A DNA stretch of 64,000 bases from Paraphysomonas bandaiensis (lineage: Eukaryota > Protista > Chrysophyceae), in assembly GCA_965644295.1 (NCBI GenBank), contig CBFFRP010000362.1, positions 248,001 through 312,000 on the forward strand. The letters run 5' to 3'. Under the pieces are notes generated by a model. That model saw only the letters and a program-made list of their open reading frames with translations, had not been told where the DNA came from and made no database searches. This document shows, in pieces, positions 51,795 to 64,000 of the stretch; position 1 is the stretch's first letter; each line of letters opens with the position of its first letter. Both the position numbers and the translations under genes were made by a program.

Positions 51795-52855
51795 TGTTTA
51801 TAGATCCTCTACAGATAATTCGGTGTTTTATATTTTCTCTTCGCGTATATCATTGGTGGAATGATATTAAGGATTATAAATGCTTTGTGATTACGGAAGT
51901 TCGAAAGTGTAATGGTATTTCCTCTCGATCATTCTTTATCCTTAATTAAGACGATGTTTGTCTACTTGGTGTCAGATTAATGCTCTATTCAGTTAGTAAA
52001 TTGAGGAACGTATTTTAATGGCCATTTAATCTTTCTCGATTATTCACTCTTCTCACGCAACTGTAATACTAATATGAATGGCATGCTACATTTCGTGATA
52101 CTCAGAACATTTGCAAATAGAGGTGCTTATCTATAAGAAACGAAAACAAGTAATTCGTGTGCACTTCAGTTAGAATCGAAAAGCCGTTGTGGTACCATAC
52201 TTGCAGCCAACAACGTTGTGATAATCTTACAGCATATTGTTTGGGACTACATTATTTTCTGATCATCTAGAAACTAACAAATATGGAGTGATAGAGAATT
52301 TCTGTTTCTTCATTCTTACACTACCACGTATTTAAGAATTCTTTCTCTTTGTGTATACATTTATTTTCTTTCAATTGTTTTTGTATACATGCAGTATTAA
52401 TTCCGGAAAGAGTGAATATCTTAAGATAAGGAGTAATGGAATAATGTGGACCCTATAAGTGCGACATCGCTACGGTAGATGCATTGAACTAGTGGAAGAG
52501 ACTTGTGATCCCCATTCAACTTCATGTAGATCATGACAATGTGCATTTCCTTCAATATGCTTCTGGAGCATTACCATTACTGCAAGCGCTATAGTCCCAC
52601 TGCTCTGCAATCTCCTCAAGCAAGTAAGTTGCTTAAGTTTTATGTCCCTTTCGAGTAGGGTGAGACCACTATATACCAGTATACTGCTGTATACATACTG
52701 TGTGTGTATATACTCGCGTATTCCGGTACATGTTGGTATGTACGAGTGGTGTACAGAGGAAGCATCCATGAACATATACACATATATGCAGATACACAGA
52801 GAGCTAATCAAAGTAGAGAGCTACTATTCTCATTATTGGTTTAATAGAAGAAGAC

Positions 52856-53716
52856 ATGCCCGTTAATGCTTCAGAGGATCTCTCTTGGCAGGGAAAATGT
52901 GAGTTACCACCGCATATGCTGCGAGAAGATGTACAAGTGATACCGCCCTCATTCACTGCTGAGTTTCGAACTGTGTTAAAGTCAATGTTTCGATGTGAAG
53001 ACCTTTCTAACCTTCATGAGTATGACCATGGACCAGTATCAGATATGCCACCCTGTATATATCACGCGAGAATTCAGGCGAAGATGGATCGAGGGGCTTC
53101 GAAGCACGGCAAAGAGATCATGAAATTGCAGGATCGGGCATGGAAAAATAACTCCGCATTCAAGGAGTTTCTATCCATATATAGGAGATTTGTGTTTGAG
53201 TTCGTGTTGCCTCAGTTTGGGGGCGATGATATATTATACCAAGCGGTACCTATTCTACGTGTGGTGTTTCCGGGATCAGTACCACCATGTAAGCTCCACA
53301 CAGATGCAGACTATTGGCATGACTCCAACGAATTGAATTTTTGGGTCCCTCTTGTTCCTGTTGCCGATGCTAATAGCTTGTGGGCAGAAAGTGAGCCTGG
53401 AAAAGGTACATTGAAATGAAATTCGAAGTTGCTAACGTGTAATTCTTTGCGTCCAGGTGATTTCCACTCTTTTGATATAGATGGCAGTAAAGGAGAGCTC
53501 ATGAGGTTTTATGGAAACCGGTGTCGACATTATACAACTGAAAACACTGCCAGTACATGTAGGGTTTCATTTGATTTTAGAGTAATTCCTTCGCGTCTGT
53601 TCAAACCCATGACTGCGGGCGATGTGGATGTGGTAAGAAGCAGGGCCTTGAGAGGGGCTAAACCACTACTGGAAGGTGGCTATTACCTTCGTATGTCTCC
53701 CACGCAGCATTTGTAA
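52856..53716 (+). CDS. StrG-like Fe(II)/2-oxoglutarate-type dioxygenase, 2 exons
   Basis: YQAVPILRV, LHTDADYWH..ELNFWVPL (HxD), LWAESEPGK|GDF, FYGNRCRHYT and RVSFDFRV motifs. Confidence 0.78.
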
Positions 53717-54167
53717 TTTTTCATCCCTGGACACTGCAGAAAAGTGTTTGCCACCGTGTGATATATAGAGCGTGCACATAGGAACAATGTACCTCTAGTG
53801 GTCTGTCTCTTATGTTAATGTGAATATGAATAAAAGAATGTAACTTATGTGGACACCTAGTATAGTGTGCTAAGACATATATATACTTGTTATACAGTGT
53901 TTCTATTGGTCAATGTAACTTGCTCTTCGTTGATTGCAGTGGTTGTAGATAACAATCTATGCTCCACACTTTCTGTACTTATGTATTAATTGATGATAAA
54001 ATCATAGTTATCAGAGTTATGATGCTAACATATGTATATAGCTGCAAGTATCCAAGTAGTCCAGTTGAAAAAATCGTACTCTCTGATATTAATAATATTA
54101 AGTCGATTATTATTACAATTCAATATTAGAAGAGACAAATTGAGCCTCTAAAACGCAAATTATCGAT

Positions 54168-55388
54168 TTATTTCCTATCGCTCACATCTTCAAGTAGATG
54201 AAAAATAAGGTTTTGTATTTCATCGTCGGTACAATTTGCTGGTGACGAGATGAAGTGCTTGATTGTATGAAGTGACGAAGGAGTATCCATATTGAATCCC
54301 ATCTCAGTCAAACGTACAATGACTCTGTCCCAATCCTTTTTTTCATCTAGTTTATCTTCCATCATATTCGTTACTGAATGAGGGGGTAGTGAAGATGTCG
54401 ACAACTGACCAGTAGATGCATCCAGTACAAGAGGGGAGAATTGCTCAAAGGTGTCAGAGTATGCGTTACTTGAAGTTGAATCAACAGACTTCAGGGAAGG
54501 GGATCTAGAAACCACATTTTCCAGAAATTTAGAACATTCAATATTCACTTTGCCACTAAGAATAGAACTATAAGAACTGCTGCAGGATACTAAGCGGTAG
54601 TCGAATGTTAGCGACTCAGGAAGACGTGGCACACTTACATCCACTGCGATTAAAGTGCTCTCCCCTGGTGGGACTAATGGAACATAGCTATTAACAGAAA
54701 GTGGTATACACACAAGGCGACTGCTAGCTGGCCATGTAACTGAGCCTGTGTTTTTTATATTCCATATAATCATTACCCTGTCGGAGGGGTGAGTCGAATC
54801 TGAATGTGGCAAGACGCGTATAGACAGGCACTGACCACAATAGTCCACAGTCGATTCTAATCGGGCAGTTCTGGACTTGACGTGTTCTGCTAGCTCACTT
54901 TTAAACGACGGAGCTGGAATCGTGGGGGGAACTGTCTTTTTAAGGTGCTTTCCTTTTCTGATTTCGGACATAAGAAGTGTTGCATACTCGTCTCTTGTAT
55001 GAGAATGAACTTTGGGATGACGAATTGTGTTTGCACAGCGTATTGCAGACAAGAGATCATCTCGACACAATTGATCCGCTTCAATGACATATTTGGATCT
55101 GTCAACATTGTCGCTGAATAATCTACACACAATTCGAAGTGTCAAGTATGCACTACCAGTCGTTTGAGTTATTCGTAAAGCTTCTTGTGCCTCGAAATTA
55201 GTCGACATGTGTATATCATCACCCTCATCATCACTCCATATGAAATCTACAGGACATGACGGCAAATTCGGGTATATACAACGTGCTGTTGATAGTATAT
55301 CGTCGTATCCAGTGTACAGCGATATAGCTTTACGTACACGTCTATTTACTCCGTCATATGAATACTTAACAGTGGTAAGTGTGGCCAT
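54168..55388 (-). CDS. NBR1-like protein: PB1, WH2-like motifs, FW (N_BRCA1_IG) domain, UBA-like
   Basis: VKYSYDGVNRR..WSDDEGDDIHM (PB1); WNIKNTGSVTWP..VPPGE (FW); RLTEMGF (UBA); LMSEIRKGKHLKKT. No introns seen. Confidence 0.72.
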   Translation of the reverse strand: MATLTTVKYSYDGVNRRVRKAISLYTGYDDILSTARCIYPNLPSCPVDFIWSDDEGDDIHMSTNFEAQEALRITQTTGSAYLTLRIVCRLFSDNVDRSKYVIEADQLCRDDLLSAIRCANTIRHPKVHSHTRDEYATLLMSEIRKGKHLKKTVPPTIPAPSFKSELAEHVKSRTARLESTVDYCGQCLSIRVLPHSDSTHPSDRVMIIWNIKNTGSVTWPASSRLVCIPLSVNSYVPLVPPGESTLIAVDVSVPRLPESLTFDYRLVSCSSSYSSILSGKVNIECSKFLENVVSRSPSLKSVDSTSSNAYSDTFEQFSPLVLDASTGQLSTSSLPPHSVTNMMEDKLDEKKDWDRVIVRLTEMGFNMDTPSSLHTIKHFISSPANCTDDEIQNLIFHLLEDVSDRK

Positions 55389-55900
55389 ATTTAGTTAATA
55401 ATGATAAGTATCTGAGTCGTATGACTCATACGGCTGATAGTGGAGTCAAAGCACAGTACGTGCGTGCATTTCCTGTCCATTATCAGGTACAGCACAGCAG
55501 AAATGACTGGAATATTCCAGTACACTGCTGTACAGCAGTATATGGTATGGTATTATACGAGTACACTAGGAATACAGCACAAAAGTGGAAGTTAGTGGAA
55601 CTACCAATCAAACAGCTCCATCCCTTAATAACCGTTTTAAATTGGTTGGTTTGGTTTTGAAGGCAAATACATATGATACAGTGTTGTTTGTATATAAACA
55701 AGAGCATACATACATAGGTACATAGGTACACAGGTACACAGGTACATATATCACAGTGTAACATAGCTATCAGATACGCTGTTGTTTCATTAACTGGCTT
55801 ATCAGCATTATCTGTGTATTTGAATAGTATCCAACATGATGGTATATCCTGATAACGTTCATGATGCTTTGCGGTAACAGTGAGTCGGCATATAAGTACG

Positions 55901-58900
55901 ATGGATTCTATACGCAGCCCTCGCAAGAGAGATTTTTGTGAGGATTATAACCGTGTGTCTCAGAATCTTCTGGGCAGATTAAAGACTCTAGAACCACGCC
56001 CACCGCTGAGAACATATAGCTCATATGATATTCCAGCTACTGAAGCTGTGGCTATGGACAGAATAACTAATGAGAAGGAAGATATCGAGTCGTACTCTAT
56101 TCCATGGATGAATGCCAAAGAAAAAGAAGGGCACGAACCTCCAACTATACCTATTAACTATCTACGAGCCTCCGTACGTGTAAATCCTGATTGTAACGAC
56201 CGATATATGCATCGCACTCTGAATTCTCCTTCAATTTGTTCTGAGGGTACAGACTTAGAGGAGGATGGACTTAGAGAGGGAATTTCTGTTCACGATATTG
56301 AGCAAAAGAGGGTAGAAGATCTCCCTGAGACTGCTAGACTTCTTTCCAAGGCTAGTCATTTCAATGGAGGAATTGATCTCTCCCATCTTAAACTGGGGGA
56401 CAGAAGGGTTGCAGTAGTTACTTTCGGCATGATTAATATGTCTGATAATCAGCGCATTCTAAGCCTCAATTTGCGGTAGGGCTTTTATTTATTTTATTTA
56501 GTATATCCTGTGTGATGTATAAATTATTAGAGTGTTTTTTTCTTGGTTGTAAACAATTTTCAGGTTGACTGATTTCTATGTTTTAGGGATAACAGGATTA
56601 CCGATAGAGGAATGGTAACTATTGTTCAAAACCTATCTCGATCTCTTATAAATATTTCCGAGCTGGATCTATCATATAATAAGGTAAGCACATGCAATAT
56701 CATCGAGTGTTTCTGCACTTTATAATTAGCAATGCATTTTCTAGCTGGGTCTCAGTGGGGCAGAGTCCCTAGGTCGCTATCTACAAACACTCCCTGTTCT
56801 CTGCCGCTTGGATGTGTCGCAAATGGGAATGGGAGACTCAGTGGCCACCCGTTTTTTCTCAACGCTTGCAGGTGTGAGTCATAAAGGAGCGTCTAGTATA
56901 CCAGGAAACATCAGCTCCAGTGTGACCAGCGAAGTGGACTTCCGAAGGCAGCCTTTACGCACACTTCGAGTGGCTAGTAATAAGATTACAGCTGTTGGTG
57001 CAGCGGCTTTGTCGGAATATCTCAGTGGTTTTGGGCGTGGATTAGCCGAGGTGTGAAAAGGGCTTACTTGACACATCTCTGTGCTCATATAGTGCTTTGA
57101 GTATACCCTTGCTTATCTTGTATAATATGTGGAGACGATATATTCATAACGCATACGTTTATGTATGGGACAGCTTGATGTATCATGGAACGAGCTTCGT
57201 ACTGAGGGTCTGATGCATCTACACCGAGCAATTTCGAAGCATTCGAGTCTCACCTCACTGGATGTGTCTTGGAACTCTCTAAGTCATCACGATGCAGCAC
57301 TGGGATTGCGCGCTACTAAGCAAGTCAAACCTTCGATTACTCGACTACCATCGTTTAAAGAGAAAACAGCAAAAAAGTATGTACGATGCACTGAATGATG
57401 CTTGGCATGCAGTACGTTGTGATATGTTGTGGCTCATATGATTTGTGGCATTTCTATAGTGTAGAATATCAATCCGCTTTTCTATTGGCAAGCCTTCTAG
57501 AGACGAACAGTTCATTGCTTCATCTTAACATAGAACAAAATATGTTTTGTCAGGAAGAATGTACCATTATAGGTTAGTTGTTCAGTGAACGTATTATACC
57601 TGCAGCATTAAATCATATATATTGCACTTGCAGGTCAAGCGTTGAAAGAGAATCATACCCTTCTGGGGCTGCATATAAAAGGTAGCTTTGCCTAGTTTTG
57701 CTTTTGGGATGATGCGCAATTTGTAGGTAACTCTGGGAGAGTTGATAACTATGGATTTCTTATGGCAGATTCAACCGAGTGGCCATTGGAGGCTGCACAT
57801 TCAAGTAGTCAGATAGTTAAAGATGTAGTGGTAAGTATGTGTTAATTTTCTTGTAAATAATGGCTAGACATAAAAATCTTATGTTGGTCTTGAATGTGAT
57901 ATATCATTTCCGTTGGAAGTATTGGAGTTGTACCAAAGTTATGATGTTCATAACGTTTAATATATACAGCCTCCATCGAATAGGAGAAACTCTGCCTCAT
58001 CGCTGCAGTGTTCGAATCGAACGAGTGACAGAAGTAGAGATATATGTTGGGTTTGTGACAAGTGGGTTGAGGTCGAATTCGTGTATCAACTAAGCGACGA
58101 TGATATGGTCAAGTTAAATGCTGTAATTAAAGAGGGCGAGGAGTATGCTAAGAGTCTTGGATCCTCCGTCGCTATTCAAAAGCAGAAAGTATCTGAGAAA
58201 TTGTACGAGCTTTGTCATGCTATAATATTTTCTTATAACGACCGTGGTGTGTGTTATGGACAGTCCTGTACACATATTTACCAGTTTTGATGGATGGGAA
58301 CCAGAGCGAATGCTCCTTTATAATCTAAACAACGAGAAGACTAAGGCTGGGTATGATGCTGATGATGTATATAGGACCTTAGAGTATAGGAAAGCCAATA
58401 TGGTAGGCTTGCTACTGCAGTATATTGTCGTATGTAAATCTTGTGTTACATATTTTGCGCTTAAAGGAGTCCTCAGTGGCTACGACAGTGACGCCCTTTC
58501 GACCATCAGTGCCTGCTCCATCTGGCCATCATGCTATAAATCGAACTATATCAGACACCATTCCACACTCTCGTCAAACTGTACACCTGTCTCCTAAGAG
58601 CACCAGGAAGTTATCACTGCCAGCTGCACCATCAGACAGAAGAAGAAACAACAACGCTGCTATTATTCGTCGAAGGAGATCCGGTTTTATTGAAAACGAA
58701 GTCGCTCATTCTTACCCTGTGATAGAAAAGACTCGACCCATTGCCATTGAGAAGACACTATCGTTCGCTTATGATAGTGAGAGTGATGATGAGCTGGGAG
58801 TGGCCAATAGCCATGAAGTAACACGCTCAGTATTGCTCTCGTATGAATCTGGTAATATATCAGAAGCGCTTGAGGAAAGCGCCTCGGGTACGTTTGCTCT

Positions 58901-61900
58901 TTGTAATTCGTCAAGATTATGTTAGTATTGTAATAGATGATGAAACCGACAAATCTCGAAGACTTACGTCAGATATGATGGCGCGCCTTTCAGGTGTAAG
59001 GGGCATGAAATCTGTTAGTTTGCTAAACGCGAATAGACGCTACGACCTGGGGCCCACATCGCAGCGAGATGCTAGAGATGGGATGCATGAGAAAGGTTCT
59101 ATAGATGCGGAGTCTGGAAGGCCTGTATATCGTTTACGACGAATGGTTCCTCCAGGGAGGTATGTAATTAGACATACTTTATATGATAGTGTCTATCCGC
59201 TGTAGTGTGATTGGATACATTTGAATATTATTATTGTTTGCGCAATGAATACGACATAATACTTATATTATGTAGACATACATACGTGTTTTCTGTGGGT
59301 ACCGCTCCCGCGCCTCAGGGCAATGAGGATGATGAGGAAGACGAGTTCTTTCGTTACGACCACAACCAACCTCACAATGACACCAACACTGCCCTCTCAT
59401 TAGCGGTACGTGGTAATTTGCCAGGACCATTCATTTAAGGTGTGTATGACTATTATTTGTATGAGCAGGACGTAGAGGCTGCTCGTATTAAAGGTGTAGT
59501 GCTTCCAGATTGCGTAAATGTGCTTGTACTATTTCCGGTACAATTTATGAACTTTTATTGTGAATTCCTTTTAATTTGATTCAATTCATGCAGCGGGACT
59601 CGGTAATAGGTAATAGCAGAAGTTCTGTTCCTGCTGCTCTTTCCTTGGCAGAAAAACTTCACTCTAGCAAGGTATATTGAGATTGAGTAGTTTGTGTGAA
59701 TGTTAATATTGTCCCTTTTTTCTCTTTAAGAGTGCGAAGCCTAGAGTGTGTCATAAAGCTGTCTTGAGACAGCATCAGATGCCGTGGGATAAGAGAGATG
59801 GCATCATGTACAGCCAGTATCTTTTTCATGCGGAACAGTACATGAAGAAATGCTTTTTGAGTGATTGGCGCTACTCAAAGGTATCTCCTGATTAATCCAA
59901 GGATTAGAATAATTTCTTTTGTTTTATATGCGTAGTCATGCAAAGTATTTGCCAAGGATATAGACGAAGAAAACTCTATTAAACGTGCGTTGTGGATGAA
60001 TTATGGGTTGCTGCTGGTATGATTTATGATTGGCTCATTACGTTGCTTGCATGACAAATATTTGCCAACTTTCACGATTAGGAGGTGTACTTGTGCTACA
60101 GTGCCCTGTACTCCATGGACCCATCTATGGGGCTACAAGGTTGCGCGTACAACGCTTTCATAGACGATTGCTTTATACTTCACCCTGCCGGACAGGAGAT
60201 GTCTCGTCCTGATAGCAGAAGAAGGGTTAGCGATATTATCAGCGGGAGTACACAGAGAGTAACAGTGCAGAACTCTCAAAGGACTGTTAGCTTAAAGACT
60301 CCAGAATCCAATGCAAGTAGGATTCAAGTACAGACGGGTTTCGAGAGAGTAGTTTCACATAATCCACGGTGTGTAATGTATAGCACAGTCAACTATTAGG
60401 AGTGTTTGCCATTGAGTAGTAGTATTGGATAGTACGAATGGAGCATTTTACCTTTCATACTGAATTGTAGTCATATACTTCTTACAGTGGTACTCACGTT
60501 GTAACCTCTCCCCGGGCATCTGTACTTCTCAAGCAGATTGCCAATGCAGTGACGTTTGTGCAAGTTAAGAGACGGAATTCTATACAACAGAAAAACTGTA
60601 AAGCGACTACTATGGATGCAATGGACACTGTTACAGAAGATTCATGTATTGATGATTTGGTGGATGGGGCAGAGGAATTGAATGAGATTCATCACTTTGA
60701 TGAAGATTTACCAAGCGGTATTGATTCATCGCGACTTGTTAGCGATCTTGTAAACCCTGCTGAACATTCAGCTACAGACCTTGATGCTAACGAAGGAAGA
60801 AGCGATGGGAATATGGCATATAAGGGGAGTTCTGCCGCCAGTGCCCTATCTTCTTTTCAGCCTTCTGCGCAATTTTCATCGTCGATTAATAATGGTAATG
60901 GCACATGTTCACGGGCAGAAGTTGATATGGTATTCATATCGAATTGTGCAACTGGTAGGTTATTGGTTGTTTTTGTCTATTGAACTGATGTTTGTCATCA
61001 GGCCCGCGTGTGGAGTGGAACAACAAACGTTATTTAACACGGTTTCAGTTTATAGATGCAATAGTCAGCCTGGCATGGTATGTACCATATAACTTTTATG
61101 TCGTGTTTCGAATACTGTAATTGGCATGGATATATTTTACAAAGTTTGGATTGGAGTACCATATTTCCGGTAGCGACTACTTCATTCATGATATGCTGTG
61201 CATGCAGTTTAAAATTTATCCAATCTGGCATCTGTGGTGGCGTTCCCGAGGCCATATTTCGTTTGTGTACGGATAACATAGAGGTTTATGCCGAAAGCGT
61301 TGGTAATGAGCTGTTCGTGAAGTACGTTACTCAAGATATGTCTTGACTCACTGACATTTTTATGTGGATTCAGTGGAATTCTTTCCTGCAAGAGTGTACA
61401 TCGGATTGTGAAGCAATACTTCCGAGATTTAGAGAGGGTAGGGTGAGATGTCAGTCACACCTGTATATGTGATGGGTTCTGTTGAAATAGATATTCCGAT
61501 GCTACACACACGGAGAAGCTGTTCCTCTGAATACTTCACAGAGGACAATGTCAGTGAATAAATGGTTCCTGCTAGTCAGAGATAATAACATAGAAATAAG
61601 TAAATATCTCGAAGTTGTATATTTGCACTTATATTTGACACCTTTTGCAGATGAGAGGGATGGAAAACTCTGTTTCTATATGGCTAATGTTCAAGATAGT
61701 ATCGATATCCTTCACCCAAAGAGTGATACGAAACATGTACGGTAACTATCTAAGATACAAAGTCGACTCATGGACCAAGCCGGGTTAAACCGGTAATGAG
61801 GTTTTGGTCCTTGAGTCGACATCATTGAGATATTTGTGTATTATTGTACTTATGTTAATTATGTTGTTAGTTATCATTCATGGAATTTGTCGAGAGTATG

Positions 61901-62041
61901 GTTCGGATTGCATATATGAAACGGAGATCTGAGCTTGAGTTAGATGACGACGAGGAGAGTGGAGGACTTACATCAGCTAGTGTTGCGAAAATACTGGAAA
62001 AGATTATTCTTGCAATTATGAAAAGTAGAGGATGGGTGTAG
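55901..62041 (+). CDS. Large RNI-like leucine-rich-repeat protein, many exons
   Basis: LSLNLR|DNRI, LDLSYNK, LDVSQM, LRVASNKI, LDVSWNEL, LDVSWNSL, LKENHTLLGLHI repeats; C-terminal SFMEFVESMVRIA. Exon structure is approximate and could be two genes. Confidence 0.68.
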
Positions 62042-63453
62042 CTGTTAATGATTTCTTAGAAGTGTAGATTTTGCGAGTATACTTGCTAATATTATTCAGA
62101 TGCTAGTGCGTGTCTGGTTTCCTGCACCTGAGTACGAGTATATGTTACAACTAGAAGGGTGCCGTTCGATTTATTTTTACTCCCGTATTATGGAAAAGTC
62201 ACAACGGAATCCATTACTATGTTGATTTCCTTGGTGCACTATGTAGATAAGACCAATCATATTTAACAAAATATATTGAAAGCATTGTATGAAATCGTTC
62301 CTTTATCTACTAGCAACTTACAACGTATAGTTTCTAATGTTGAGCTTCAGGCAATAAAAGCTCTGATTTAAGTTTTTATACTGTCGTTCATAACGACACT
62401 GCAGTTTAAGCGAATTGTTATGAGATATGTAATATAACTTGAAATGTAGTGCATAAAATTATATATATTATCCCCATTTTGTCTCAAAAAAAGCTTTTTT
62501 TGACTTGATTTTTTCTCAACAAGGCGCTCATATCAGCACCGGGCAAGTATAGACATTCAACTTCAATATTCGGTTCAACATAAGCTCACTTCTATCGTCA
62601 TTATGATATTGACAGTCATTTCATCACAGTACACTATTATAGAGAAACCACAGTCATGAGTTAAATCATTAGACACTTTAAGTAATATTCCACCCTTCGT
62701 CTGACAATGTGTATAAGATCATAATGATGCCAGTGCAAGCGATCTATCTTCAGAGCCAGGACTTCGAAACAACTTCAAGAATATTTCAGGAGAGTATAGT
62801 ACCATATCTGATGCTGTCCAGTTGTTTTAAGGTTCAGGTTACATTGTGCTTATGAGGATATAGTGTACCTCATATCATACTCACATCATTCAATCAGGTG
62901 CACTACAGAGGAGGTTAAGCGCATTGTATATTAATGTGATGATGATGCTAAATAAGGCAATAAGAAGCCTTTCGTGCGACTACAACTGTTCACATTCATC
63001 ATCACACTTATGTACGAATTTCAACACCTCGCAATTGCTATTTCATCAGTATCAAAGTTTGTGCTTCTTAAAAGGTTCAATAATATATCTATTACTCAGT
63101 AGTAGGTTTTAACGCATGGTGTATATATGTTGCACATCACATGCATCTATAACATGCCCACACAATTTGATCAGTTTTAAACTTTACACCACTTACCAAG
63201 TAGTGTTAAGAGTAATGTCAGGATTAACACAACGTATTCTATACATTACTTACATATAAATTCATACTAAAATATCGGATATATCGATGCACGTCAAAAG
63301 TCAAACATATATGGGTTCTTGAATTTGGTACGACGATTTGTGCATAGTATGCACAAAAATGACAACCATTTTGCAAGACTCATAATAACAACACCTGTTC
63401 AGCAACGATGCACACACTATCCGGCTCATTGACACTAACACTGAAAAAAACTC

Positions 63454-64000
63454 CTAACTGCTTGTCTTTCGTCGCTTTTGGATTCTCAAACTGCAGATAG
63501 TATCATCCACATCAGATTCATTACTTTCGTTTTCCTGTTCAGGCCGATCTCCTCTGTACAGTTTAGATAAACCTTTAGAGTCATCCGATTCCATGTCTGA
63601 CAGATTAGTCAAAGTTGCCGAACTGTGAGAACAAACTCCAGTAGTTTCCGAGTGAGAAGACTTTGGTAGGCGTCCTGTCTTTTGTTTCTTCACTTGGTCA
63701 CGACCAACAGTTGCTGCTTCACTCTCTGCTGTTCGGGTAATTTGGTTTATTCGCTGCAACACTTCATCTCTCAAAGCTACGCTTTCTGCATGCACAAGCG
63801 AACCATCTTCGTTGTAAGTTTGCGCATTCGTCACTAACAGATCCAAATCCTTCTCTAGGTCACCAATTGTTGAGTATGACCCCTTTTTAAGATACGCCTG
63901 GATAGTCTTAATCGCGATAGGGGTCTCTATTATCTCGTAGTAATCGGGGAATATTTTTTTGTCTGGCTTGTCAATGAAGAGCTGAAAGCGCCTGTATCCC
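63454..64000 (-). CDS. Bromodomain-containing protein, 3' end only
   Basis: LFIDKPDKKIFPDYYEIIETPIAIKTI..GSY..DLDLLVTNAQTYNEDGS (conserved Asn); ORF runs off the window edge. Confidence 0.88.
   Translation of the reverse strand, partial: GYRRFQLFIDKPDKKIFPDYYEIIETPIAIKTIQAYLKKGSYSTIGDLEKDLDLLVTNAQTYNEDGSLVHAESVALRDEVLQRINQITRTAESEAATVGRDQVKKQKTGRLPKSSHSETTGVCSHSSATLTNLSDMESDDSKGLSKLYRGDRPEQENESNESDVDDTICSLRIQKRRKTSS

Noticed and set aside
33650-53716. Bacterial contaminant contig or operon
   Set aside because: Every gene in the stretch has spliceosomal GT-AG introns, and orientations alternate.

Overview
Eukaryotic, gene-dense nuclear DNA with many short GT-AG introns (mostly about 40-100 nt). 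It is most likely from a flagellate stramenopile, possibly chrysophyte-like, based on a Sig1/Ocm1-type mastigoneme EGF gene; this assignment is an inference. About 19 intact or partial protein genes are present: GT61 (3' end), DA1-like LIM peptidase, EGF/mastigoneme protein, homogentisate dioxygenase, a tandem SH3-like protein, S8 subtilase, ARMET-C protein, an acidic-repeat membrane protein, a calcyphosin-like protein, an APC amino-acid permease, two alpha/beta hydrolases, an NRPS-like enzyme, a GH5-like glycosidase, an agmatinase-family enzyme, a StrG-like dioxygenase, an NBR1-like protein, an LRR protein and a bromodomain protein (3' end). There is also a tRNA-Val(CAC). A nested mobile-element block at about 10.3-15.3 kb holds decayed Ty1/copia copies in inverted orientation and two related solo-LTR-like inserts, one with a 4-bp TSD. 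A disrupted Crinkler/RHS-type NTPase-REase gene follows. The most interesting items are: (1) an intron-containing membrane synthetase with an acyl-CoA-ligase-type A domain, a relic NRPS A-subdomain, a T domain and a poly-lysine-synthetase-like triple LbH/TM tail, among transporter, hydrolase, ureohydrolase and dioxygenase genes that might form a biosynthetic cluster; (2) intergenic DNA that looks like a patchwork of captured foreign fragments, including a 69-bp, 72%-GC piece of a bacterial DinG/YoaA-like helicase gene; (3) an NBR1-like protein with WH2-like motifs. All family assignments are from motif recognition by eye; no searches were run.
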